DNA of 64,000 nucleotides from Oculina patagonica (Eukaryota). Numbering within the stretch: position 1 is the stretch's first letter; each line of letters starts with the position of its first letter. The position numbers and the translations under genes are program-made. The notes below the pieces were generated by a model, which saw only the letters and a program-made list of their open reading frames with translations, made no database searches and had not been told where the DNA came from. Shown here piece after piece: positions 52,001-64,000 of this stretch. The stretch lies in the NCBI RefSeq assembly GCF_052425735.1, contig NC_135761.1, positions 14,694,001 through 14,758,000 on the forward strand. The letters run 5' to 3'.

Positions 52001-54636
52001 TAAGAAAAGTACTGCAAAGATAAGGTTTTAATTTTCACAGTTCAAAGTTTGATACATAACCGGTATCCTAATGGTTTACTAAGTTTTTTGCAGCTTTACT
52101 AAAAAGTTCTACGTGTTTGAAAATAGCGATATGCGGACTTGTCGGCGCCATTTGTCAAAGCACCTTTGGTTCGGATGCGAAACATTTAAAAAGTAAAAAC
52201 ACTGGTTTACCTGAGGGAAGGGAATGCTCACTCGGCAACTATTTTAATGTATCCTTGCTCGTAATCACTTCAATTTGAACAAAAAACGGCGAAATGGAAA
52301 GAAAACCTGCCTGGGACGTTTGACCGCGGTGAAGACCTTGACAAAGTCATCGGATATTCTTTTATACTTACCTTTGTTTCTTACAATGTCCATCCTCTCT
52401 GAGCTTCTGTGATCTACTCTATGAAAAGGCTGCGACTTATAATTAAATGCCTGGTCTTGAAAAATATTTTGACTTCCATTTGTTTGATTGGTCCGACTGC
52501 AGCCTATTGGAATATTCGGATGACGTTAATGATATGCGGTAACAAGTAGGTACCGCTCATATGATTTATAAAGGGTGAAATTGTTGCATAATAAGTTACC
52601 ATGGCAACCTTCGTACTGCGCCAATTAAAAGGTACAGCTGTTTCAAGAAAGACGAACGTTCGAAACGATAGCGGAGCACATGAGGAGCATGGAATTGACT
52701 CTAGCAAATAGAACTTATCAAACAAACTGTGCATTGAATATATATAATATGTAATTAAATGCGGTCGTCCTCGGTAACTCAAGGATGATAGAAGCGTTGT
52801 GGGAAATGATACCGACTTACTCATTAAAAAGATTAGATTTTACAAGTCCTGAATTAAAATTTTAATTTAAAATTGAAAATGACTTAGTTTAAAACATACA
52901 AAAAGCTTGCATTACATAATTACAGCCTCGCAAGTTCCAGACCAGAAGACTCGGATTGTTTTCAATTTTAGCCGTATTAAAACAAACTTGTGGGTGTGTG
53001 TGAAGCAAAGGGCACAAAAGAACAATAAAACAATCCCAGAAAATTAAAGCTGTCAAAATCCTTTAAAGCAGTGTGGTGTCAACCTTGTTGACACGCAGTA
53101 TATAAAAGGCGAAATGTAGCGGTGTAAAAAGTATACCGCATCCTTGTACATGGCTCCGCAAAAGCTTACGGAAAAAAGGGCCCGGCCCTGTAACTTGAAA
53201 ATTAATATGTACTGATTTTGTTGGTCTAATTTATTCTTTTTTTTTTTAAGGGTGTGGGGAAATGAGAAAAAAGGCATAGCGGTTGTGTATTCCCTCAACT
53301 GAAATTAAATAAATCATCTATTTAATTAAAGACCATATTCAACTTTGATTTATTTAAACGCATACGGAAAACTTCACGAGGGAATAAACATAAAGCATAG
53401 ATGAGAGATTAGGAAGGCAAGCAGGAAAAGAAATAGAAAATATATAATAAAAAGGAAAAAAAAAAAGATAAGTAAAAGCAATAGCAATAACCCATAACCC
53501 GCCGGCTCAGTGCTAGGGCCAGATGTGTTCAGACGTCCCATCTTGAAGTAGGCGACCACAGAGGGATGTATGAAATTCAGGCTAGCTCAGTGCATTGTTG
53601 TGGGCGAAAAGTATTTTTTTTTTTAGTAAAGCTTAACAACTCTTTTCCAGCTATTATTGCAAAATTTTAACTTATCTGATTTAGATCCTTTCACATTACA
53701 GGAAAACCGAAGCAAGTTCCGCCCTCCTTTTCCTTGCTGGCGCATTTAACTCTAATATTTTTACTATTTCGTTGCTTTGCAGTGCTGGTTTCCTTTCGGT
53801 TCATTCATTACTTGGTTTATCATCGTTGTTGTCCACCAAATAAAAACTTTGCATCGCGCATGCGCATATATCTACGCTAGACTGGTTACTCCGTGACACC
53901 GTAAAGTATGGCCAAGGGCTATGTGAGCTATCACAGGTGACATCATCGGGACTTGCCGTCGGCCATACTCGCGGGGAAAAATGCTCTTGAGAAGCAACGG
54001 CAAATTACTGAAAACTGACTGGAATTGACAGCTCAGTGGTGCGGTTATATATCTTTCCCTCGTATACGAGAGAAATTACCCTTAAAGTTTGTACGCTAAT
54101 TGATATTTTGAAAAGTACCAGAAGGCACTTAAAATAAACACTCTAAACAGGAATGGATTTGCTGGTACCAAATGGACCATAATCGAATTAATTTGCATAA
54201 TATTTTTTGCGCCTTGAAAATCTTGTTCTTGAAGATATTATTGTCACCTGTACGGGTGAAAATAAAAAGAAAAGTAAGGAAGAGTCTAAAGCAAAATGAT
54301 TAGAAGTGATATGTGCAGTGTTATACCTGAACTTTTAACCAGATATGATTAATTAGTGACTTTTAGCAGTAATTCTTTCAGTACCTGTTTTGCGGTTATC
54401 GTTTTAAGTGCGATTTTTCTGACCCTTAACGATACATGTGGACGGGAATAACGACATCGGGCAATTTTTTTTTAAAAATCAAGTTGTCGTTTGTGGTCCC
54501 GATCTTCCGTAACTATTCCTGTTAACCTGTGTATTGGATTTATCATTATACTTTATTGGTGGTCTTCAACCTTAGAAATGTATTCTTTTAAGACTTTTTT
54601 TCTTCAATTTGGACTAATTTTATTACATCACAAAAA

Positions 54637-55143
54637 TACAGTCGAAGCTCTCGTAAGCGGACACCCTCGGGACGCGAAAAAAAGTGTCCATAACTGGAGC
54701 TGGCCGCTTACGGGAATGGTATTCGTAAGCGGCCAATAGAGGTGTAGGGGATAGATGGCCGCTTACGGGAGCTTGCCCACCTAACAATAAGCGGACGAAC
54801 GTGGATGACTACAAAACAAACACTGAAAAATGGTACTGGACCGTACTGTAATTACTGTAAAATCATTGTGACGAACGGCGGTGTAAAGTTGATTGCTAAA
54901 AACAAGATACAAAGGTTGTTAAAAGGATTTTCTTTGGGATGTCCGCTTACGGGAGCTTAAAAACAAAGAAAAAGTCTAAGTCGTAATCTTCGAAAGTGTC
55001 AGCGGCCGCTTACGGGAATGTCCGCTTACGAGAATGTAAAAATACAGAGTTTGTATGGGAGCGTAAAACGGGGTTTCAAACAAGGCGGCCGTAAGTAGAG
55101 CTGTCCGCTTACGAGAGTGTCCGTTAAAAGAGGTTCGACTGTA
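54637..55143. mobile_element. MITE with TA-CAGTCGAA termini (Tc1/mariner-pogo-like)
   Basis: TACAGTCGAAGCTCT ... AGAGGTTCGACTGTA; internal CCGCTTACG repeats. Confidence 0.85.
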
Positions 55144-56455
55144 ACTTAAAAATCAAAATACTGACCCCTGAAGTCAATTCAACGAGGAACTTTAAAAGTT
55201 TTTGTCTCTCAATAACGATCAGGTAAACACTGACAAGGAAGCTTATATAATTAAGAGCCGTACGATTTATGGTCGTGGTTTTGTTGGTCTCAGACAAATC
55301 GACCGTAAAGCAGGGTACGGTCGGCCTCATGACCTTGAAGGTCACAAAAAATCACGATTATCGCTAAAGATTGTTTGGCGAAATTTAAAAGAAAACACGG
55401 GTTTAAGTTTAACGAAGTTGCTACAAAAGAATCGCTCCATATAACGAGAAGATCGAAAGATTGTTCCCTAGAAGGTAGGATATGTCCTCGTTTGTACAGG
55501 TATTCAATAGATAGCCGCAATTACCGTCTGTAATTGGAGTTAATTAAATTTCACCCTTTTCACTAATTCACCTGAGTAACACCTCGACATACATTCCTTT
55601 TAAACAAGTTGCACATTTCTAAAGGATCCTAAGCTATCGGTCAAACGTTTCAATAGTGTTTTATTGTTAAAACCAACTGTTTTAGGGCAGTTTTACCACC
55701 GTTTTATGGGGGAAATTTTATTCCGGTGAACTCATCACTTATTAAACATGTTGTGGGTTTCTTTACTGAATAGAGCAGCCATAAATATCAAAGCCATCTA
55801 CACTATTTACAAGCACAAGTAAAATACTACTAACAACACAACAGTTTATTATCAGCGATAAAGTATAGAAAGTGATTTACTGTACTGCTAACAAATGAGG
55901 AAGAGGATAAACAATGACAGAATGTCAAAGTTTTATGATGACCACATTCTGCGCCACTGATAATCAGATTTGACTTATATATAGGACTAAATCCTCTGCC
56001 TTAAATCTTAAATATTAAAATTTATCGCTGTGATCGACTAAAACTGTGCTGATGTGAAGATATAATGAATAACGTTAATTCTTTTATTGAGTTAATCAGT
56101 GTTAAGGCAACCTCTTCGCCAATTCAAGGGTAGATACTAACAGGTATAAAAATCAAAAACAGGGAAATCTTCAAAAATATATCCACCGGTGAAATATATG
56201 TTTTAGGACTTATCGTCAAAAAAAAATCAACGGTAATCGCTTCCCTTGGGGCTAAAATAGTGCTTTTAACTTGCAAGCGTTGATTTTACGCCAGTTGTTT
56301 ATTTAAAATAAAGTAACGAGTGTATAATTATTATTCCAATTTTGCTGGATGTCTACTTATAAGGTTTGAAATCTGGCCTTTAGCCCGTTAAAATATTTGA
56401 TCAATTGTTTTTGGCCTTTTTTGTATTAAGTTATATGATTTCTTGTCCTGTTAGA

Positions 56456-58883
56456 ATGGTGAATATCCATATCTGTCTCAAGAATTTAATTTTGCTGTCA
56501 GCCTGGCTGGTCATAGCACGCGGAGGTGAGAAAATCAATAGAAATTGCATGTGAAGTGGAGACGAAACATTTCATTCTTGGATGACTTTTCGTTTAAATT
56601 AAGCCCATGTTAGGTGTACATTTAACTCCATACGACAGCCAGCATTAATTCATCCATGCATGTTTAATTATAAGTTGAAAGATATAGTAGTCTTGTGGGG
56701 GAAGCCGTGGCCCAGCGAATATGGTCAGGGCGTTTGTTCCGGACCGAGAGACCAGGACTCGAGCACTGCACTGGCCGGGTCATTATATTTTAACTCCCAC
56801 AGTGCCTCTCCCCGCCCAGGTGTATGAATAGGTACCGACCATCTGTAAGGAAAACCTGACAGAATGCTGGGGACTAAAACCTGTTATGGACTAACATCCC
56901 ATCCAGGGGGAAATGGCAATACCTTTGCCGCTTCATGCTACCAAAACAGGGATAAGTTCCGGCAGTGTGGACCAGTTGGCCAAAATGGTTTTCGCCCTTT
57001 TTTTTCTTTTTTTTTTTTTACCGCCTCCTAAAAGAACGAGGGTTCGAACGTGCCAAAAATGTCCTCTTGGCAAAACCTCTATGTGTTACACTAACCCCCT
57101 TCGTTCTTCGATGTAGCATAGAGCATCTACAGTTCTCCTTTATTCGTCTCGATTCTGAGCTTGGAGTTCCATTTCGTTATATCGCGTTTTATCTGTCACT
57201 CTGGTCGAGTTCTTGTCCAGCTGACCTCCTTCAGCTGTTTTTTATGCCTCCCTCGCCTTCTTTACCTTTGCGGGTTCTAGAAAAGAACCTACCTGGTTAC
57301 ACTATCACACACAGCAAAGCCTCTGTGTGTGTTACATAAAATATGAAATGAACGAGAATGGAAAATATTGGGGGACTTAAAGATGCATTATAAACTTTTT
57401 AGTCACCAAATGTACCATTAAGTGCCGTTTTCTTTCGAAAATGTTTCAGCTTCTATCAACTTGGGGGATGGAACTTTTAACATCACTGGCAATGGTGTAG
57501 ATGGTCAGGGAACCTACACGATCGCCAATGGTACGGCAGAGATTGGTCTTCACGTGGTTATAGGACAAATGGCTCAGGCACAACAGGTCATCACTGCCGG
57601 AGATAAGGGTGCTGCAGTCAACTCATTAAAAACAACTCAAAGCGATCATACGGAGACAGAACTTACCTTTACAAAAGAAGGTAAAATGTGCCAAAAATCA
57701 CAATCCTTACTTACTGCAGTGCAATCTTGATTTCTTGGAATCTACCGCAATCATAAGATCAAATTGACAATCATTGTTTAATAACCACAAGTTTCTGCCT
57801 CGTCCTCTGCCTTTGCTCAACGGTTTTGGGTTGTACGCGCGGGGTAAATGGGAATGTGTCAAAAAGTTAGCTCCTAGAGAGAAACTGTTGTGCAACGTTG
57901 ACGGGCCAAGTAGAATACTAAGTTGATTATATCAATTACAACTGGAAATGAAGAGGATAAATAAACCGCCGTAGCATTCATTGGAAAACCGGACGTTTTG
58001 AGTGTTAGATTCAGTTGCAATGTCCACTCATCGACACTTATGGTAACTAATGGAAATGTCAACATGTCTTTTATTTATCTTAGATGAAGACTTCATAGAC
58101 CAGATGGTGGAGGAACATAACAAGCTTCGCTCAATTCATCTTTCTCCGCCCTTGGTGAAGAACCGGAACATGTCGCTTCAAGCCAAAGCATTGGCCATCC
58201 AACTGGCATCTGAAGCTAATCTAAGGCATTCCGACAAAGCCAGTCGTCCTGACCAAGGAGAGAACCTGGCGATGGGATGCACGTCCTCTGGCCCGGGAAT
58301 TACAGCCAAAGATGCAGCGAAGGAATGGTAAGAACGTAAACGACATTTGCGCTGGTAAGAAACGACTGTAAAAATTGACAGCGTTTACTCAATTGAAACT
58401 GAAGACGAAAATTGAAAACAAAACAAAAAAGGTTACAACTATGTTTTTCTATTTGAGCGCTAAGCGGTCGAGCGAGAGCCATTCCCTACATATAACATAA
58501 ATACATTGATTTTTGTCCTTTACTTATATTCCAGGTATGACGAGGTATGCAGTCACAATTTCTACGATCAAGCCTACCAGGACAAGTCTGGTCACTTCTC
58601 GCAGTTGGTGTGGAATGCCACCCGGGAACTGGGCGTTGGCAAAGCAATGGGCACCAAATTTGGCATGAATTGTACCTTCATAGTTGCTCGCTACAGACCC
58701 CTGGGTAACATTGGCTCCGAGTTCGCTAACGACGTAAGCAAAGGACACTTCGACTCGTCCTACTGCAGTAATGTGCAGCGAGACGTGTTGCCTCATCATG
58801 GGGTTGAGAAGTCAAATATTGGTTCTAGGAAGTACAGATATAGAACCAAGATCCCTCGTTTTCCAAAAATTGTAATCCTGTGA
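56456..58883 (+). CDS. CAP-F: secreted CAP/SCP protein with shared beta module directly after the signal peptide, ~297 aa
   Basis: Exons 56456-56525 (MVNIHICLKNLILLSAWLVIARG), 57450-57680, 58084-58327 (HNKLR, LRHSD, GENL), 58535-58883 (WYDEVC, GHFSQLVW); 894 nt, open. Confidence 0.9.
56695..56985 (+). mobile_element. tRNA-derived SINE in CAP-F intron 1
   Basis: ACTCCCACAGTGCCTCTC..CCCAGGTGTATGAATAGGTACC, CATCCCATCCAGGGGG and GGGATAAG motifs. Confidence 0.75.
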
Positions 58884-60201
58884 ATGTCATAAAAATAGTT
58901 TTTGTTGCACAAAACCAGTGTGTAATTTTTTGCCTAAATTTCTATAAAAAATAGTAGCATTTTTGATCAAAAGTTAAAGCAGGCTTAGTTTAATAGTTGT
59001 TACAAAACATAGCATATTAGACGCTTTTTGAATGTCTTGAGACACGACATCTTATATGATTCTCTTAAGCTTTGACGGTTGTTTGCAATGAAATTTGAAT
59101 CGATTCCGACTATAGATTGTAGCTTTGCAACATTTGTTATAAAAGAAGTATGTTAATGAAATAAAGTTGTGTTTTAACCCGAAAGTGACTCACTTGCAAG
59201 AATTTATTAAAGATCGTCTTTCGATTTAAACTGCCTTTTGAGTTACGTGACTGCTTAGATCGATGGGAAAAAAGTAACGTTGCAATTGTGAAATTTCTAC
59301 CAGTGTCTCTTCATTCATATCCTTCCATAACATTTGTAAAAGGGTGCAACTCATGTTATTTACCGACATTATTAAGATGTCATCAATTATTCGATTAAGA
59401 GGCTACAGGAAATTGATTGGGTGAAATAAAAATGGAAATGAATTTTTCTTTTATGACTGGGGACGACATTAAAACTCGATGGGGTTCCAAGCTCTGGCCT
59501 GATTCTACAGAGAAAACGGAATTTACGACTTTCTCATTTCATTCTACTGAGCTTAAAATATACTGTCCTTCCACCTTCTATTTCCACACAGGACGCTTTG
59601 AAATTGCTGATCCTGGCAGTATACAGGACACGCATCACACACTAACCTAGCAAATGGCTTAGCTCGCCACGAGTATTCCCGTACCGCATGAATTACGCCT
59701 TTTACATATCTCTCAAGACTCCGATAGCACCTCTCTGTATCCGCCCAGTGAAAAAAAATTGACATCAGCAACTTATAGGGCAACCTGTCATAGCAGTATT
59801 AAGTATACGACATTTTGAATAATAGTAATGATACCCAAAAGGCCTGATGTTGATTATGAGTATTATTTGTCCCTCGTGATCATTTTCCTTTGGGTCACTC
59901 GGTGAGTGTGTTGTGTTACTTTAATTCGAAACTAGCCTATTTGCCAAAGGAGGTTATTTACGGTTACTGCAGTATGAAGTGACTTAAGAAGTGTTACTGT
60001 TCAATTTGGATATGCTAGTTTATCGTAAAATTAGTATCCATCCACTCACGATGTAGCAGAAGTTTTACAGTCTTCCCATGCACATTTGCACTTTTAAAAA
60101 GCGCTCCGAAAACGTTTGGTTGATTGATTAACGCCAGTCCATTTAGAGTTAATTTCACAATTAATTAATTTATTTTTTCAATGCCTGATATATCAGCGGA
60201 T

Positions 60202-61895
60202 GGCCTCACACGGGTAGCATCCTCAGCAACTGAGGCCAACACATTTTATAAAGGTATTTTGATTAACCGCGTTATATTTTTTGTATGCTTAACAGAGAAC
60301 ATTTAAACGCGAGTGACCACCAGAATAATAAACCTCAATTAGACCGGTCAGGTCCGATTTAAGATTTTCTCCTTGTTTCAAACTGGTCATGTATAAGCCC
60401 TTGGATTGAACTATATTTTGAGTTTGACTGTACTTTCAAATATTGCGAGCCGGGAAGGTGTGTGAAAACACCTGAAAAAGACGTGTTGTTTCTGTCATGA
60501 ATTTATGGACTCAGTAAACAACGTTTACCTAGCCCCGTTAAAACGAAAATTCGATATTTTTATCGATATTTATTCGATCTTTAACACTGAATTATGTCTA
60601 CTTTTTACATATCCTGTTGATGTTTTCATTTCATAACAGTTCACAAAGAGAATTTACGTCTCTTGAATTGAAGTAATAGTGATAATTATTTCTTGAAGAC
60701 TAAAGGCTGGTTCTCATATGATCGCCCCGATCGTCTCTGTCGCTTCTGTCGTTTGCAAAGTCTGATTTGATTGGAGCAGGCAAACGTTTTGAAGCGACAG
60801 AGACGATCGGGACGATCATATGAGAACCAGGCTTTAGTCTTCAAGAAATAATTATCACTATTACTTCAATTCAAGAGACGTAAATTCTTTGTGAACTGTT
60901 ATGAAATGAAAACATCAACAGGATATGTAAAAAGTAACATAATCTAAAGAAGATCGACAAATATCGATAAAAATATCGAATTTTCGCTTAATGGGGCTAG
61001 GTAAACGTTGTTTACTGAGTCCATAAATTCATGACAGAAACGTCAATTTTCAGGTGTTTCACGACCACATTTGAAGTGTAGTCAAACTCGTCATAAAGTT
61101 CAGTGGCCGACATGACCAGTTTGAAACAAGGAGAAAATCTTAAATCGGACTTGACCGGGTCTAATTGGGATTTATTACTTGGTGGTCACTGCGGCTTAAA
61201 TGTTCTTTCGTTACATACAACGGGTGGCTCAATCAAAATATCTTTATAAAAATGTATGTTGGCCTCACACGGGTAGCATCCTCAGCAACTGAGGCCAACA
61301 CATTTTATAAAGGTATTTTGATTAACCGCGTTATATTTTTTGTATGCTTAACAGAGAACATTTAAACGCGAGTGACCACCAGAATAATAAACCTCAATTA
61401 GACCGGTCAGGTCCGATTTAAGATTTTCTCCTTGTTTCAAACTGGTCATGTATAAGCCCTTGGATTGAACTATATTTTGAGTTTGACTGTACTTTCAAAT
61501 ATTGCGAGCCGGGAAGGTGTGTGAAAACACCTGAAAAAGACGTGTTGTTTCTGTCATGAATTTATGGACTCAGTAAACAACGTTTACCTAGCCCCGTTAA
61601 AACGAAAATTCGATATTTTTATCGATATTTATTCGATCTTTAACACTGAATTATGTCTACTTTTTACATATCCTGTTGATGTTTTCATTTCATAACAGTT
61701 CACAAAGAGAATTTACGTCTCTTGAATTGAAGTAATAGTGATAATTATTTCTTGAAGACTAAAGGCTGGTTCTCATATGATCGCCCCGATCGTCTCTGTC
61801 GCTTCTGTCGTTTGCAAAGTCTGATTTGATTGGAGCAGGCAAACGTTTTGAAGCGACAGAGACGATCGGGACGATCATATGAGAACCAGGCTTTA
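60202..61895. repeat. Inverted triplication (direct - inverted - direct)
   Basis: 60202-60836 and 61261-61895 read as identical by eye; 60837-61260 is a degraded reverse complement of ~60238-60700. Confidence 0.9.
60701..60836. mobile_element. Small hairpin MITE (Harbinger-like); second copy at 61760-61895
   Basis: TAAAGGCTGGTTCTCATATGATCGCCCCGATCGTCTCTGTCGCTT ... AAGCGACAGAGACGATCGGGACGATCATATGAGAACCAGGCTTTA. Confidence 0.8.
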
Positions 61896-62946
61896 TGATC
61901 GTTCAAGCGATTTGAAACAAACGTGGTATTCATCTTTAATATGTGAAGAAACTCTAAGCTATTGTTACAAGATAACAAAGGTCTCGTCTACCTGCAAATG
62001 TCACATGCATCCAATAAAAGGTATTGCTCCTTTGCTGAAAGATGAACACAACATTCAGACTTGTTCACGTCTTGCAAACCACAGTAATCTATATCTGGAA
62101 GCAGACCGAGCAAAATGCCAATGGACTGTTATGACTAAACTTAAATAAAGGATAAGTTTGACCTAAATTAGCTACTTTTATTACCAACCAAAACTGACCT
62201 TAAAACGGGGAATGGTCGACCTGATAACCTTTTGGGGTTAAACTCGGCCAACAGAACAACGGGACGACAGGATTAAAAGAAGCAAGCATCATCGAAAAAC
62301 AAGGTAAGATAGAATAGAAACTCCCAATGGAACTCCAAGATGCATATGGCTATTTGTGATCAATGAAATATTATACAAGCACTGTTAAGTTAAATTGTGT
62401 GCGGTAAACAATAATTCTGTCAAGTAGTTAACAAGCTAAAATGGGCTTCACTTTAAATATTATGATTGTTCATTTAAAATGCCAAAGCACCTTAAAATAC
62501 GTTTAAATATAAACGACACAATTAAATCTGCGAGTGCAACTTACAATAAACACAACCTTAGTCTTTGACGCCTTGAAAGTCGCACTGATTGTAGGCATCC
62601 TTAAATGACTACATATAACATGATGTAGTTTCTGGCAAATAGCCTTTTGATTAACTGAATTTGGAGTTGTCCCTCTTAAGACCCTCATAGCAATAGATCA
62701 GTCAGATAGGCGGGAGCACAAGCAGGAAATATTTTTTTTATTGTCGGCTTCTTGATCGCTCAATTTTCGAGTTTATGTAACTGCAAGAACAGCTCATTGT
62801 AAAGTATTTTCTTTTATCAGTCATTCCTTGATCGTAATCAGATTTGATTGCCAAATGCAACCAAGATTACTCATGTTGTCCATTAACGTACTGATTTTGT
62901 TTTTATTTATTTTATTTTTTGTTTGTTTGTTGTTGTTTTTTACAGT

Positions 62947-63627
62947 ATGAGGCATATACATCATGCTCTGTTACATACTCTTATCATTGTCTGTTGGGCT
63001 TCATACAAAGCATTTGGAGGTAGGATAAAGAAACTGACAGCGATGTATAGATGTTGCCAATAAATATAGCAATATCGCCTGGTAACAAAAACTTGGTATA
63101 AAAATTATGGTATATAACCTGGTAATAAAATTTACCGTCTTTATTATTTACTATAACCTGTATCATTTATAAAGCAATAAACTTTGTGTATTTTATAAAT
63201 CACAAACATTTGAATTCGTATATATACTTTATCTTAGCCTCTTTAGGCACCACATCGGGAACATTCAAGATTTCTGACAATGGCGTACAGGGCCAAGGTG
63301 CATACACCATCTCCAACGGCACTGTGGAAATAGGACTTAAACTGCTGATAAGAACGATATCAAGCACTTTAAAGGACAAGGCCACTGCTACTATTACATC
63401 ACTTCCTCCTAACAGACTTGGTCCGTCTAGTCCGTCCGGTGCGTCCAACCCGTTAGGTACATCCGGTTCATCGGGTGCGTCCGGTGCAACTGGTGCGTCC
63501 GCTACGTCTGCTCCATCCGCCCCTTTAGCTCCCTCCGCTCCTTCCGCTCCTTCAAGTCCGTCAGGTGCGTTCGGTCCATCCAGTCCCCAGGTAACAACTG
63601 GGCCTGGAGCCATTCTAACTCCAGAAG
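62947..63627 (+). CDS. CAP-G (5' part only): signal peptide, shared beta module, Ser/Ala/Pro/Gly repeat spacer; CAP exons expected beyond the window
   Basis: Exons 62947-63019 (MRHIHHALLHTLIIVCWASYKAFG) and 63238-63627 (ASLGTTSGTFKISDNGVQGQGAYTISNGTVEIGLKLLI...SAPSAP...PE), ending in a phase-1 donor like CAP-F exon 2. The CAP domain itself is not visible. Confidence 0.75.
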
Positions 63628-63687
63628 GTTAGTAGCTAGAATGCTCGTTACATCCTAAAGTCATTTACATTTACAATAGTCGGGTCC

Positions 63688-63880
63688 ATGTTTCCTTGTT
63701 CCCATCAAAATTTCCCTTGTGTTCCCATGTTCCCTAAAAGTATTTCTTCGATTGTGATGATCCCTGTTCCCTAAAAGATGCTCTTGTTCCCATGTTCCCA
63801 GTTTTATTTTCCTTTTGTTCCCATCAAGTCAAGCCATGTTCCCAAAAGGTTACTGGACCTGTTCCCCCTTTCCTTTGAAC
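63688..63880. repeat. TGTTCCC-motif repeat (probable MITE fragment)
   Basis: Clustered TGTTCCC/TGTTCCCA motifs. Confidence 0.5.
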
Positions 63881-64000
63881 CCCAGCTGGGAGATCCTCAG
63901 TAACCTGTCAACAGTGTGGACCGGAGCAAGTTTTATTAAGAATTTATTGACCCTTTAATTACCAATTGCAAGTGTCTGAGAGAAACTTTATCGTTCGTAG

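Noticed and set aside
49100-56400. Short ORFs between the GPCR and CAP-F
   Set aside because: No motifs or coherent exon chain; likely UTR introns and regulatory DNA that cannot be delimited from sequence alone.
63200-63613. Minus-strand ORF with Gly-X-Y-like GAEGAEGAKGADG
   Set aside because: Antisense of CAP-G exon 2; the plus frame carries the conserved module and proper splice sites.

Overview
Eukaryotic, AT-rich, intron-containing DNA. The SINE/MITE repertoire and gene content suggest an anthozoan cnidarian, probably a stony coral (inference). The window holds (i) a 5-exon secreted S1A serine protease gene (722-3944, +); (ii) a tandem array of at least seven co-oriented (+) genes, here called CAP-A to CAP-G; and (iii) an antisense class A peptide-type GPCR gene inside the array. 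Six array genes are complete and encode signal peptide + variable low-complexity spacer + C-terminal CAP/SCP (GAPR-1/PR-1-like) domain with identical intron phases; CAP-G runs off the window end. Four paralogues (C, D, F, G) share an unrecognised ~35-aa beta-rich module (G[TA]F[KN]I...VxGxGxYxI...), and the spacers are unrelated to one another (PQQ, GGGPGA, RP, SAP, Tyr-rich, S/E/Q-rich). Non-coding DNA contains tRNA-derived SINEs, several MITEs, a Penelope-like GIY-YIG fragment with an inverted degenerate hammerhead ribozyme, a 6.2-kb foldback element and an inverted triplication. Exon models were built by hand from GT-AG sites and frame continuity; no expression data were available.
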